From contig NC_043011.1 of NCBI RefSeq assembly GCF_006345805.1, forward strand, positions 10,602,001 to 10,666,000: a stretch of 64,000 bases of DNA, written 5' to 3'. Under the pieces are notes generated by a model. That model was not told where the DNA came from and did no database searches. It was given only the letters and a program-made list of their open reading frames with translations. The position numbers and the translations under genes are program-made. This document shows positions 22,561 to 36,632 of the stretch, in pieces. Numbering within the stretch: the first letter of the stretch is position 1; each line of letters starts with the position of its first letter. The DNA comes from Octopus sinensis. Its lineage: Eukaryota.

Positions 22561-23329
22561 AAAACTGTCGATTAGAAGTAGAGTAACACGGTGTGCGAGG
22601 AAGTTGGACAACAACCAGAGTTAATCCAACAGATAATGACGCAGCCTCCATCAGTCCACTTTCACTGGGTTGACTCCAACTATGATATGAGATACTTGCT
22701 CAAGATATCACGCAGGTGGCTCGAACAGAATTTCATGATTTGCAAGGAAATTTTTATACATACGTCTGTGTGTGTGTGCGTGCGTGTATATGTGAGTGTG
22801 CATTTATGTGTGTATGTGCATTCATGAATGTGAGTGCACGCGCGCGCTGTGGGCGGAATTATTGAATTGATAGTTCAATGAGACATTGAAAGAAGTCAAA
22901 TTTAATTAAGGTTTTTCTTTTATTACTTAAAACGGCTGTAAACCATCGCCTTTTGCCCTCAAAGTGTCAAATTGATTTGCTTTAATTTTTTTCAAAGCAA
23001 CTTGTTTGAAAGTCAACTTTGCCATCTTCTTTTATGTTATGGTGCAAGATGAGGAAACCCATAAAAGGAAATTGCGACATTGGTCAATGAATTACCAATA
23101 AAGTTATTCGTTTCATTCTATTCTTTGTTAACGATTTCTTTCTATTCCGTTGAAGGCTGATATGTGTGTATATATATATGTGTATATATATATGTGTGTG
23201 TATGTATATATATATATATATGTGTGTGTATGTATATATATATATATATATGTATGTATATATATATGCACATATAACATTTATATATACACATATAAAT
23301 GTGATATCTTTTACTGGTTTCAGTGCAGG

Positions 23330-23782
23330 GCTGGGGTATGCCGGTGCACCACCTGAGGTTACTCGGTGCTGTTTCCGATATTGTTTTTGGTGAAGCAGCG
23401 AGTTGGACGGAGCCACTCTTCTTTGCGTTTCCTGCCGCCATGTCAGTTCAGCTGGTATCTCAGATAGAAACCTGTCTAGACGTTCCTTGGATATTTCCAC
23501 ATCAACTCCATGTAGATCTCTAAGGTTGCCTGGAAGGATGTTGAACAATTGCAGGCCCTTGAAACCCAGACTATTGCGGTACTGTGTCCTTATTTTAGAG
23601 GGGAAGACGGGATACTTGGTATGATGCAGTGCCGTCCAGTTTGGGGGTTGGTATAGCTGTCAATTCCAAAATTGGGAGCTAAATCCTCCAAGATCTTCCA
23701 AATATATATCACCACATATCTCTCTCGTCTTCTCTCCAGCGAAGAAAGACTCAGTAGTCTTATTTTTATCATGTGTTTTCAC
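23330..23782 (-). mobile_element. CR1-group LINE 3' end
   Basis: SLERRRERY..IYIWKILE..PNFGI.SY.N..TGRHC, FNILP..LRDLHG. Same family as 57900 and 61488. Confidence 0.8.
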
Positions 23783-24011
23783 TTCACTACCGAGTGCAGC
23801 TCTGTCTGCCTTGGGTATGTGCTGTGGTTTGTTGTGGTGATCTTATTTTAACTGTATCGAAAATGTTTTACGTAGAAGGTGTGCAGTGCCTAGTAATATT
23901 TTCTGTACTTGTAAGTCCTGGCGTTTTTGTTAAGTATTTTGTCTGAATAATTTTATCATACCTACTACGCCTAGGAATTATTATTATTATTATTATTGTT
24001 GCTGTTGTTGT

Positions 24012-24355
24012 TGTTATTGCCTTTCCACAGCTTCTAACGCTGGAGATGTACTACGATGTCCGCTGTTCACTACCAGTGATCTCAGGTAACGCCTCTTATT
24101 TTTCGAGCACCTTCCGGAGTATTCGAGCGGTTCCAAGCAGTACTCTTTTCTGCAAGTGCTCCACCCTTATTGCAGTCCCTCTTTGTTCCATGTACTTCTC
24201 GGGACTTTTGCTCACTGTTCCCAGGGCTCTGACAATTATTGGTACTACTGCTACTTTTTTCATCGACCACAACTGCTTAACTTCCCAAGCTAACCTGTCA
24301 TATCCCTCGACTTTTCTTTCTTCCTTATCGCATACCTTGTTGTCTGCTGAGCATG
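24012..24355 (-). mobile_element. R4/Dong-like family A 3' fragment
   Basis: ORF 24096-24365 YDRLAWEVKQLW..VVPIIV.ALG..LQKRVLLGTARILRKVLE*, followed by an (AAC)(AAT)n tail. Confidence 0.9.
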
Positions 24356-24479
24356 CTTTCTCCATGGAACTGTGTGGAAAACAACAGCAGCAGCAACAGC
24401 AACAACAATTACATAAAGAACCATAACAACGCTATAACCTTTTCGAGGGCAGCTGGCCAGTGGATCGTCGTCCATTCGG

Positions 24480-25150
24480 TTCAAGATTTGAAAGGTAAAA
24501 CATTTCAATATAATAATGACATTTCGAAACCAGGTGTTATGTGCTTTAGTGAGGACGAAGGAAAAACCTCCGAACGACGATCTATTGTTTATAAATGTGT
24601 TTCTCGCAAGGAGAGGAAACTTAAATTTCTTACTCCGGCAGAAACCGAAAATGCCTCCAAGATGTGTGGCCCTCAGTGCTACGAATATGCAAAGGTAAAC
24701 AGTAGAGGACGGTAGCTTTTATATGCAACAATGCGCAGGAAGCCAGAAGAATGGCAACCATTACTTGCTCGTCCCAGACTTTTCTGATGATTCCTCATTA
24801 TATAGGTAAAAAGTTGACTTGAATTCGAGACAAGAATGTGCCGGCTCATCGTGAACCGGCGAGAGTTTTAGCTATTCTGGAGGAGCATGGGGATATTGGG
24901 AAAATGAAGTCCACCTCACAACTCAACAGGAATGGAATTCTTATGGAATTCCAGAAATTAGTTTCTCCATTCCTGATTTTTTTCTGCTTCGGAGAGTGCG
25001 AACAGATACCTGTTTATATATAAGGGGAAAAACCGAACTGCTTTTTGAGGGAACACGAACCACCTCAAAGCCAATTGCCCCGTGGTGGAGAAAACTCGAA
25101 TTTCTCCACCTTCGCTACAAACTCCTCAGGGTGAAAACACCACAACTAAC
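24480..25150 (+). pseudogene. Decayed Tx1/L1-type ORF1 remnant
   Basis: ..IPVYI.GKKPNCF..GNTNHLKANCP resembles the CCHC knuckle region of ORF1 at 41600-41650. Confidence 0.4.
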
Positions 25151-25689
25151 TTACATCCACCTCTTTTCTCCGTATCAGGCCTCACAAAAGCAAAGACCTC
25201 ATTGAAATCGCACCAAAAAGCCTTTGTCGGGGATAAGAGAAAAACTGAGACAAACAGAGACCGGCCCAAATTGAAGGCTTTAAGACATGATGGTAAAATA
25301 CAAAATCGTTGAAAAACAAATTGAAAAAAACACCAATATGAACACCTTAATTACCACAAGAAGACTGCTTCAGTCTTTAAAACGAAAATAATGCCTAACG
25401 ATTTATTTCAGCGGTGTCTCTGTTCATGACTTGGGATGGATAAAGGATGACTACTACTATCCTACTTGGTCAGGACAACGAAAAGACTTTTTTTCTCCAC
25501 AAGGCCTTCTCTGCTGAAAAGAAAATCTCAAAACGTCTAGAATGCACCTTGTATACGTAGATGAAAACATTTGTTAATACTACGATAACAGATGTCTGCC
25601 ACGCTGTTCAAAATTATAGACTATTAAACCTATGTTTATGTTTTTATGGCTATTTTTTTTACCGTTGTGAAGTCTAAAGAAAAACGTGT

Positions 25690-26810
25690 CTGTTATACAG
25701 TGCATCATTCAAATTAAATGTGATGATAAATTATGCGAAAAATTCTAGAGAAACCAAACAAACTGAGAAAATGATTCGTTCTTGGTCAACACGAAGAATT
25801 AAAAATCAATTTAAGGTGATAAATACATTTTCCAACTAAAAAGTGCCATAATCTTGATGATGAACATTATGATTGATCTGTAGATCAAAGAAGACGAAGA
25901 ATTTCGGCGTCTGCAAATAAGATTATTTTTAAAACCAAGATATTTGAAATATTTTACATGGCGTATTGTTTTATGAAACACAAAATGTCTAGCAATGAAA
26001 GCTAAAATGGAAATTACCTAATGTCAATTGAAAATTTGTCCTTTTCCCAAGTATTTTACGGAATTTAGAAAAGTTAGCAAAGATAAATACAATTCCTTTG
26101 ACTTTACATGTTCAAGTAGTAAATCTACCGATATAAAATGCATTAGTACTATTCCTGTTAAGTCTACTGGGCATTATACAAAGGTATTAGCATGTTGCGT
26201 AGATGAGGAAAAATTATCTTCACCATCAGTTTTTTAAAAGAAAATCAATGCCTAACGATAATTTATTTCAGTGGTGTCTCTGTTCATGACTTGGGATAGA
26301 TAAAAGTGGAGGAATACTAATTTGGTTAGAAAATAAATGCCTAAACGTTCAGCCTGCGTTAAGACAAGCTCCCTATTTTTGTCCAGACAACAAGGAAACC
26401 CTTTTTTTTCTCTCCATGGCTTCCTCTACTCACAAAACAAATAATAAAGGAAAATATTAATAAACTAAAGGGTACAACTGCAGCAACTTCATTCTATCCA
26501 CTCAAAATTTCTGTTTATAAACCATGTAAAACTTTCCTGAAAGAAGAGCGGAACAGCTCTATGGAGGAAGAAGATTTTGTTCCGTTCCCAACCGAATGAA
26601 GGAAGAAGCTGGTGTCTGCTCAAGTGCGAATGACACTGAAGAACTTGTAGGAAAAAAAATGAGAAGTGACATAACGATAAAGACATTTAAAATACACTGT
26701 ATGCAAATGGTTAATATAGTATTTCTTGGAAATGATAGTTCATCCTATGAGCAATTTCAGATTCTTCTACAAGTGATGGTGAAAAAGCAGCGAATATTTT
26801 GTAGGTTTTG
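25690..26810 (+). pseudogene. Decayed pogo-like transposase (Brinker-like DBD + DDE_1)
   Basis: FKLNV..YAK..EKMIRSW; FDFTCSS..VKSTGH..VLACC..KL..SVFK; GTT...PLKISVYKPCK. Many frameshifts. Confidence 0.65.
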
Positions 26811-27931
26811 ATGGGAGCTAAATAAATCTTTTCATGGGTTAAGAAAGTCTTTTTTTTTTTTGCCTATTTCTATGTTTTGAACATTCTGTGTTTGAAAACG
26901 TAGCCTCTTTAACGATATATCTTTCATTCCCCTCTCTCTCTCTCCCTTTCTCTCTTTCTTTCACTCCCTCGATTTCTCTCCCCCTCTCTCTATTCTTTCT
27001 CTCTTTGTCACTCTACTCGATGTTGGTTCAAATACAACATTTATTAAACATTATATTAACATTACCATAATTAACATCTCGATAACATCGCTCACTGCAC
27101 TTTGAATACAACATTTGGCTTCTTCTTTCGTTATTCTTATTTTTCTCTTGTCCCTTTCTAGGATTTTTTGCTGAAATTTGTAACTTTGGGTCCTAAAGTA
27201 ATTATAATTGCTTAATTGATATTCTTGCTATTTCATATAAAACATATTTTTGAAAATATACTATTGAAATTTTATCTTCTGATTAGTTCAACATCTGTCC
27301 AGTCGATTAGAGACCGCAGATATCCTTAATCATATTGTTATTATTTGTTTCTCCCTCTTCTACACCTCCTTCATCCCCCTATTACACACTATAAATTGAT
27401 ATCCTATTTCTATTGCTATAACATCTGTAGTTTACTAACTCCATATTTCCAAACTATGACTTGCAACACTCATACCTCACCTCCACCTTTTCTTCTTCCT
27501 CCATATCAATTCTAGTCTCCCGAGGCATTGCAATATCAATTATTTCCTCTTACTAGTATCGTTGTTGTTGTAGTTATTATTATCATTATTATTATTATTA
27601 TTATTGTTATTATTGAAACTATTTGCTAAAATATTGCTAGTGGCTATAAAAGTTATAAACTATCACTATCGTCCATACAAACACACACACACAGAGTCCT
27701 AGCAATTTCTTAACGCCTTACCGCTTCTTTTTCAATCATCTTCTGTCGCTTCACGCGTTGTTTCTCGTTTCTCTTCTCTCTTCTTTCTCTCCATATTGTT
27801 CACTAAGACTCGTCCACCATTTTGTGTTTTTCACTTCCCTTGTTTATGGACATAAGTGTGTGTGTGTGTGTGTGAGTGTGTGTGTGTGTGTGTGAGTGTG
27901 TGTGTGTGTGTGTGTGTGAAATACACACATA

Positions 27932-27980
<49 letters not shown>

Positions 27981-30252
27981 TTATATATACACATACTCAC
28001 ATACAGTTATAAACATAACTGCAAAGAGATAAACATACAAACAACTACACATTTTATATAACTGAATATAAACATCACACAAACACACAAAGAGATACGC
28101 ATTATAGATATCCCCATATGTATTCATTCACGTTGGAATGTTATGGAAAAAAACCCAGATATAATGCGTAAATGAATAGATCTAAATATAAAAATCTATT
28201 TTCTCTACATATTCTTCTAACACGTTTTTACTTATTTTGCGGGTCTTTTATTTATATGATCGAAAATTGTGATTTCCAATTAGAGATTGTGCTTATTAAT
28301 CAGTCAAGCATGCTAATCTATTTAATTTACCAATTAACAGTTGCTATCTGAATATCTTCACACTACTTTGTTAGCGCGCAGAGTGGCAGTTTTATCACGC
28401 AAACTGTTATAATATTGTCAGATATTTCAGAAGCGGACATAACAGTGGGGATAGAATAACACATTGTTAGTTATGGCCGCGAAACTAGAAATCAACTAAA
28501 GAAAGCTAAAATAAAAGAAAATAACAAGAATACGAGAAGCATTGGAATTAAATTTCCGGCATTAATTCTCAAGACGGAAAGAATTACAATATTAACAATA
28601 ACACAAATTTTTTTTTTTTTAAATAATTGGTGCTCGTTAATCATTTCAGTGTTGCAACCTACTTAGTTTTTCATCAAATTTATGCATGCTCTTACAAAAA
28701 CAAATCAGATACAAATCACAAGCACGAACATTTTATTTGAATTTACGTAATATCTAAACATAATAAAAATGGGACAGCCACTGGAGGAGAGTCAATACAT
28801 CGAAAATTTAGGATGCATCCTCAAAAACGACAAACCATTTTTCAATATCAAGTTAGCCATACGATTTGTTAAATCCCTCAAACAGAGAAAACAATGTTTT
28901 TATATTTGACTTGACTGAGAGCTGAATTTCCTTTGAAATTTTGAAGGTGTTCTTACATACCTCTGTTGTTCAGGCCCTCTTTTAACAGTTCCATCATTAG
29001 CATTCTGCTGTGTGTCCATAGCATAGAGATTTATCGGACAATAATCAATTCAACTTACTGTAAATATTGTTGTTAAGTGTGTCGTAGAAATAAAGTCCTG
29101 ACGAATATTAAGCTATTAAGAGTCAGTGGAACATAATCTTGAATAAGCATCAACTTCCATTATTTAGTGTTGCTTCATAAAGAAGAAGACCTATTCCAAC
29201 TGCTTATTTCTTGGAAAGTTGAGATAAAAATTACCACACATAGATTATTAAATAGAGCTGCTCATTCATACAAGTAAATTGGGATACTCAAACAAAATTC
29301 AGATGAGGAATGCATTTTACTATTTCCTCTGATACTTGAAGATCATCACCTTTCTTCAAAATTCGCTTCATCCCAGACTCCCACTCCATCCTTACACTAT
29401 ATAGATTCATATGTTGAATGTGCTTACCGTTCAGAAATCTCCGACTGGTAAACTGTGAAGGAAACTACCCCAAAAGACTGGCAGATAACCATCTTGATCA
29501 AGTGAATCAGTGACTCAGCTACGAAATTCCATCCTTTCTGAGACAGAGTGCTTCTTTGACTACTTTGAGCGCCATCATCGTACTCCGACGAACGTCAGCG
29601 ACTAACGTAAAAAGGAAACCATGATATATTGGAGCTCAAAATGCATTGCTATGTATTCAACAGAAAAATAAAATTATATGCAAGATTATTCTTCTATATT
29701 TAATACAATCGTGGGCCTTTATTATATTTTTATAACGATAAAGAGAACTAACTTTCAAAAAATATTCAAAACAATACACACAGGACTTCCCGCAGGGCAA
29801 AACACTTAGACATAATAGAAAATGTTTTAACATTAAAAGCCTCTTGCAAAACTGCTGCTCTTTCTTAACTTATCTAGAATTATCTCCAAGCTATAACTAT
29901 CGATGTCATTGCATAATATTCAATATATATTTTAGCAAAACTTTCTCTCGGGGTTTAAATAATATCAGATAGGTCAACTAAACATCTTCATACATCTATG
30001 TTTCTCTCGCCTTCTCTCATTATATATGTACAAAGGAAGAGCAAGGGAGGGAGAAGCCAAAACACACACAGAGCGAGAGAGAAAGGGTGTGAGAGAGAGA
30101 TAGAGAGTGAGAGAGACAAACAGAAAAAGGGAGGAAGGGGAAGAGAGAGAGAAAGTTAACTGGATAGATTTCGGTATGCATCGTGACAGTGTAATGGAAG
30201 TAGAGTGCATCCATTAAACTATTACAAAGTAATAATGATAATGGTTTCTCAT

Positions 30253-30455
30253 TTTGGTACGAAGCCAGCAATTTTGAAGAAGGACGTTAGTTGATACAAT
30301 CGATTCTGGGACTTGACTGGTACTTTATTTTATCGACTCCAGACAGATGAAATGCAAAGTTGCTTTCTGCGGGATTTGAACTCTCAATGTAAAGACTCGG
30401 AATTAATACACTAAGGCTTTTTTGTCGATGCCCTAAAGAGTCTGCCAATCCATGC
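30253..30455 (-). mobile_element. tRNA-derived SINE (old copy)
   Basis: Homologous to the copies at 62-243 and 2465. Confidence 0.7.
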
Positions 30456-30944
30456 CCTCCAAAATAATAATTCTATCTTTCTTACCTGCGACAATGCAAA
30501 TGCAAAACTATGCATTATATGAAGTTACAAAACGTTTGAAGAGGCATAGAACACACACGCACATATGTAGCATCATATATTTAAACAAATCAAGCCTTTA
30601 ATATCCAAAACCAAATAAGAGCGATCCCTCTTCAAAAGGTAAGTAGTCACCATTCACATATTATCAGAATACTCACCTTCAGCTCCTTCTAACTTGGTTC
30701 ACTTAATTTACTCTGAGTATCTTTGGTTTTATCTAAACCGTGAATGTTCCACATTTTCTGAGCCGTATTTAATGTCGTCGAGGGACAGTTTCCAACAAGC
30801 ATCTTTCCTCCGCGGCTCCTGATTTCCTCTGTTGCCATCCTCTCAATCATCACAGTTTCTGTTAATCAATTTCGATTCGTAAAATTCTGGCACCACATAG
30901 TGAGTTGAGAAATTCGCAATGGATTTCCAGCCAACCTTCTACAT

Positions 30945-31032
<88 letters not shown>

Positions 31033-31706
31033 CAGAAGGCTTTCAGTTGTCCCCACCAAACACATAGCAACTGGGTGTTCTCTGTTGAATAACCATTTTC
31101 ATTAACTTTGCCACTCTCACCATTGCTCACACCTCCAGGATAGCCTTGAGGTCCTCAGACGTCACCAAGAGCTAGATATTCATGCAGATTTCACTGAACC
31201 ATTCGTTGCGACCGATTACCTCAGAGCTCACCTCTGTAAGATGCTTATGTATTGCGGCACCTGAGCGAATGACACACTATCTCTGACTGTTTTCTCACTT
31301 CGCTCTCACTCTTAATAAAAGTAAGGTACATTTGCACATACAATAACACATATAGATGAAGGCTGAAACTGATGTAGTTTATACGAACACGTGACTTCAT
31401 TGCCACACGAAATATCTTGGATAAATATAATGATGTGGAAATAATTAAACTGAATATATATTTAGATACACTTTAGAAATAGAGACTAGAGTACAACACA
31501 CATACGCATGCGCTCACACATACGCGCATACACACACACAGAGACACATACACACACAATTACACGTACATGAAAAAATGGTTAAAAATGGAAAGAGATT
31601 ATTATTGTAGAGGCATTCGATTAATTTTTACGACAGAGCTAAATGCTTGAAATAGATAATATTGGTTGTTCCAATAGTAACGTTTTAGAAAGAGAGATAG
31701 TGAGAG

Positions 31707-31773
<67 letters not shown>

Positions 31774-32581
31774 AAGAGATGGGGAGAGAGGAAGAGATTT
31801 GATAACAGCCCTGGTGACGAAGAAAAACAAAAGGATTGTGACAGACTGACAGACTGATTGGATATGTAGATCGACAGAATAGACTGACAGACAGATACAT
31901 AGATACATACAAACATACATACATACATACATACATACATACATACATACATACATACATACATACATACATACATACATAGGTTTGTATTTGAGAGAAT
32001 AAAATGTGCTTAGTTTATCTAAGAGTGAAAGAGTGAAAGGAAGGTGAGAAATATAACACTCCAGGTGATGACAGCTAAGTTAAGTAACTTCCGTAATATT
32101 TTCAGTTTGTTTCCTGACATGTGTTTTATGTAATGAAAAAAAATGAAAACAGAAAAATAGTCGAACCAATTCTTTTAGCGCCGAAATAGTGTATCATGAC
32201 GATGTTATAAATTTCCATATAGTATTAGCATAAACAACTGACACAGTCACGGGTGGACGAGTTTGTATATTGGACGTCAACATGAAATGTTATATTTTGA
32301 CGCTGTGTAAAGTTGAGGAGAAGTCAGTTCATATGTGCCATTGTATGGAGGGAGCACTTTGATGGAAACTGCTTTATTTCACACTGTTTTATTTCCACAC
32401 TAACGATAAACAATATCACTGTCACTAATGGACACTGTTGGGACCAGTTGATGAAAAATTGTTAAAATTGATGTTAATAGAAATATTGTGTTCAAATAAC
32501 CATAAACGATAGAGAAGGTTAGTTGGTCTGATGTATGGGAGATGTACAACGTGGGACTATATTCTTTTCTACTGTAGGCAC

Positions 32582-32724
32582 AGGGCCCGAAAATTTGGGG
32601 ATTAGATCGATCCCAATACGCAACTGGTACTTAGTTAATCGATCCCGAAAGGATGAAAGGCAAAGCCGACCTCGGCAGAATTTGAACTCAGAACGAAATA
32701 CTGCTAAGCATTTCGCCCGGCGTG
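32582..32724 (-). mobile_element. tRNA-derived SINE
   Basis: CCCGAAAGGATGAAAGGCAAAG..GAATTTGAACTCAGAAC..CATTTCGCCCGGCGTG. Confidence 0.8.
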
Positions 32725-33794
32725 AATGTGGAACTATATTGTTTAACTGTCGCTGCTCGGCTGCTCAATGGATTATGGAACTCCATTCACAGAGTACATT
32801 GCTAACAGATATTTCTAAATAATTTTACCTAAACTCCCTCACCCACCACTATCTTCTAAACCGACACTTCGTTTGTATATTGAATAATTCGTTGGGTCTG
32901 TCTGTAATTAAATTTGTTGGAATAGAGATCTGTCTTGGATATCGTAGTCATGATTTGCAGCCAATATGAAATAACAGATTTGCGAACACTCACCCATCAT
33001 CTCTAACAATATAAATCAAACTTTGGCCTTCTGCGTGATGCCACCAACTTCACACAAGAGGACTTTCAAAGTAATTATCAAATCAAATGTAGCGACATAT
33101 TCATATTTGCTCACAGTGTACTAACAATGTGACACTGTAGTATGGAACGCCAAGTCAATTAACATCTCATACATTACCTTCTGTTAAATAAACCGTGTAG
33201 AACACTAATCTAGAGCTGAACTCGGTCAAACCAATTCATCTTAATATAAACAATCATAGATAGAAAATGAAATGTTGATATGTTGTCCAGTAAATAATTG
33301 ACTCCACGCAATACCCAACAAATACCCATTGAATTAAATATATTGTCGGAATTAGCTTTGGTTTTTCACACTTTAGAGTTGGAAACTCTATGGAAGCAGC
33401 CCTTTCATTCCTCCCCCCAAAATTCTGTTTTTGTTGAAGACAGAGGCAACACAAAACAAAACTGATTGTGGTAGAATTTGAACACAAAACAATAGTAATA
33501 AACTTACGTAAAGAAAAAGGATTATCTCTACTTTTTTTCTTCGTTATATTTCAATAAAAAACGACCATGCTTGTTATATGATCGTGCTGAAGAGCTGACA
33601 TCAAATCTTGGAACTTTGTTGTAGTGTTTGCGTTTATGTGTAATAGTTAAGAAAATCAAACAATTAACAAACAAACAGGTATTGAGGATAATAACCTGAC
33701 AAGTAGAGAGCAAGTAGACGAGAAGAAATATCGAGAAAAGTGTCCAGTAAGTTCTATTTGCCGGAATTACTAAAGGAAATGCAATTTATTGATT

Positions 33795-34560
33795 AAAATA
33801 GGACGTGAAGCTTTTATAACATTCGTAAAGTATTTTAATAGAGCAGAGGACAATAAGCTAACTTTTGAAGATATAATAAACTAGTGTATCGAAGGAGAAA
33901 GGGCGCTTTTAATGCTAAAGTAGGTTGACATTTATGCATCGGACTCTCGGAATTCAAGTAGACGAACAAGAAATGAACGGTGTGTTCTTGATGTTTGGAA
34001 GAGAATCTTTTGAAAATCCGAATGAATATATATTTATTGAATTCTTTCAAACATTTCTGTCGTCTCTGTGTTCTAAGATGCTTGAAATCAGAAAAGTGCT
34101 GGTCGTTTCTGTTGATTCAATCTTGGTACAAGTACCGAAATAATTTTTGGAATTGGCACATGACCAGAAATTCGGAAAAGTGAGGGGAAAATATTCTATT
34201 AAATCTAGTACGCTATTAGATCGAAACAGTTTCGTAGACACAAAAACAACCGAAACTCTAAACGGATATATTTCAGAACCTAAAAGTGCACAGCATTTAG
34301 TTCGACGCTGCAAGAACTATGTCTGTCTACCATTTTAATACCAGTTCCAAAAGATGGAAGAGGTAGAGAAACAGGAGTATACCAGATTAAAGGCCCCTGC
34401 AGACGTTGCCGCCCTTCGTGATTCCTTTATTACCTCAATACAGAAGATGAGTGCACTCAAACCAAACAACGTGCCAGGTGTACTCAGCCGCCATGAACAG
34501 GAATGATCTTTTAATGGAAACGCAACAACTCGGTCCTATTCAACGACACAAATACAGTCA
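33795..34560 (+). pseudogene. Decayed ORF of unknown origin (weak EF-hand-like spacing)
   Basis: One frame, 33925-34560, has about 210 codons with only 3 stops (34141, 34336, 34504). An upstream frameshifted segment reads FVKYFNRAEDNKLTFEDII. Confidence 0.35.
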
Positions 34561-34582
34561 ATACACACACACACAAGCACAT

Positions 34583-34622
<40 letters not shown>

Positions 34623-34777
34623 GCACATATATCTCATTAGAGTACTGCTGCCTCACGTCAGAAGACAGGTACCTGACGTCATAACACCTATGCCTCATAT
34701 TAGAGTACACCTGTTTCAGTTTTGTATTCCTTCCTCGATTTAGGGAACTCCTCATTCTAAATTGAGACACCAGTATT

Positions 34778-34987
34778 CTTACAGTTCTATTTTTAAGGGA
34801 TGAGGAATTATGTACGCTATTTACATTATTTACATTTGACGGATATTTTTTCTCATCTTGCTTGTTGTTAACACAACGTTTCGGCTGATATACCCTCCAG
34901 CTTTCATCAGGTGTCTTGGGAAAATTTCGAACCCGAGTTTTCATTCCTAAGATATTTTTCGATGTTGTTGTTGTTATTATTATGCCC
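34778..34987 (-). mobile_element. Inverted headless copy of the family A cassette; HHR at 34870-34915
   Basis: GACAC-CTGATGA-A-AGCTG gagggtatat CAGCC-GAAA-C-GTT|GTGTT. Confidence 0.8.
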
Positions 34988-35090
34988 ACGGGCATATGGC
35001 GTAGTGGTTAAGAGCGCGGGTTACTAACACTAAGATTCCGAGTTCGATTCCAGGCAGTGACCTGAATAATAATAATAATTATTATTATTA

Positions 35091-35127
<37 letters not shown>

Positions 35128-35285
35128 TATTATTATAACATCGAAAAATACCTTAGGAATGAGAACCCAGGTTTTAAATTTTCCCAAGACACCTGATGAA
35201 GGCTGGAGGGTATATCAGCCGAAACGTTGGGTTAGCAACAAATAAGATGAGGACAAATATCCATCAAATGTAAATAATATAGCAG
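34987..35285 (+). mobile_element. tRNA-head + (AAT/ATT)n + hammerhead cassette (family A); HHR at 35188-35233
   Basis: A-box TGGCGTAGTGG, B-box GAGTTCGATTCC; GACAC-CTGATGA-A-GGCTG..CAGCC-GAAA-C-GTT|GGGTT. Confidence 0.85.
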
Positions 35286-36597
35286 TATTCTTGTTCAGGA
35301 ATAGAATAACTAAAAGAGAACAAAATAAAACAGGAAAATATAGAGCAAGGATTGAAGCAAGCGCAAAAAGACAAGGCAGCAAAAATAAACTCATTTCTGA
35401 CTTGTACTCAACTAGTAGAAGATACAATTCTAAACATACAGTTGTCGTAACAGTGAACATGTTAACAAAGCAATTGTGATGCAGATAGTTGAGCGGGGTG
35501 GTTCTTTCAAATCATTGGGTGTGAAACCACATAACAATAATAATTTCATCACGAACCTACTCCAAGTGACTATACTAAAAAGTTACCTTAATAAATAGAT
35601 GTAGTGTGGGAGAAACATTCATGTTACCCAGTGGTCCTTCAATATTTTCAGTTCAGCTCCCAGGGTCTTTTATCGTTACGGAATCAACATTTGCGTATAT
35701 GTCTTAATATAAAATGTCGATATTGGCTTTTAATATTAGCACAACGACCGGCAATTTCGAACAAAGGTACATTGTTGCAATGGAGAGATTTGGACTCAAA
35801 ATAGAAAATAGTATTTCAAAATATTACAAGGAATTTAATCCGGGACACTAACCCTTTATCGTTCCTAATCTGGCACACTAATCCGGCTCAGTTTTTCTCG
35901 CTCCATCGCCCTTTAAGAAGCCAAAATAGATTCTTTTAAACAGCAGTATAGGGGGAAATGCTTTTGAGAGATGAGTGTAATCAAGGAAATTAACAGCAAC
36001 TGTTAGAACTTATTTAACCCAACCCGGAAGGAACAGAAAGCAAATTTGGCCGAGGTAGAATTAAAACTGAAAACCTATCAAACTTCTCCAGCCGCCGCCG
36101 CCGCCGCTGCACTTCACAGATCAATATTAATCACGTATTCAGAGATGTCCTTAATTGCTCAGAGAATCAACAGGAATTGCTGATTTTGAAACCATACCTA
36201 AAATACTTTAACTTGCAATTGGCGATTCCATGTTTCAGGTATTTTTTTTTTTTTTTTTCTCCAATTAGAATTATTGCTGTCAGAAAAGTGGAATTGTTAT
36301 TGTTCATAAAATCCATTAGTTTTTGCATTCTGGACAACTGCTCCATGGCTTACATTAAGGTGTCTAACAATGAAGATGGCCAGCATTTGTTGTATTTCTA
36401 AAAGCTACAATGTTGTCAGTCAGCAGTGTAGGTCACTAATAGAATGAGAAGACCAAACAACAAATATTTTAGCAGTGATATGAAGAATCGACGTCAGTTA
36501 AAATATAAACAAATCCCAACCAATAGAATTTGTCTTTAAATAATGGCTACTCTATGGAGTACAATACCGGCATACACTCACAACACACTTCCACACG

Positions 36598-36632
<35 letters not shown>

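Noticed and set aside
24784-24790. CTGATGA (also 50384)
   Set aside because: No stem II or GAAA.
31120-31158. Minus-strand CTGAGGA-CCTC..GAGG
   Set aside because: Stem II forms but is not followed by GAAA.
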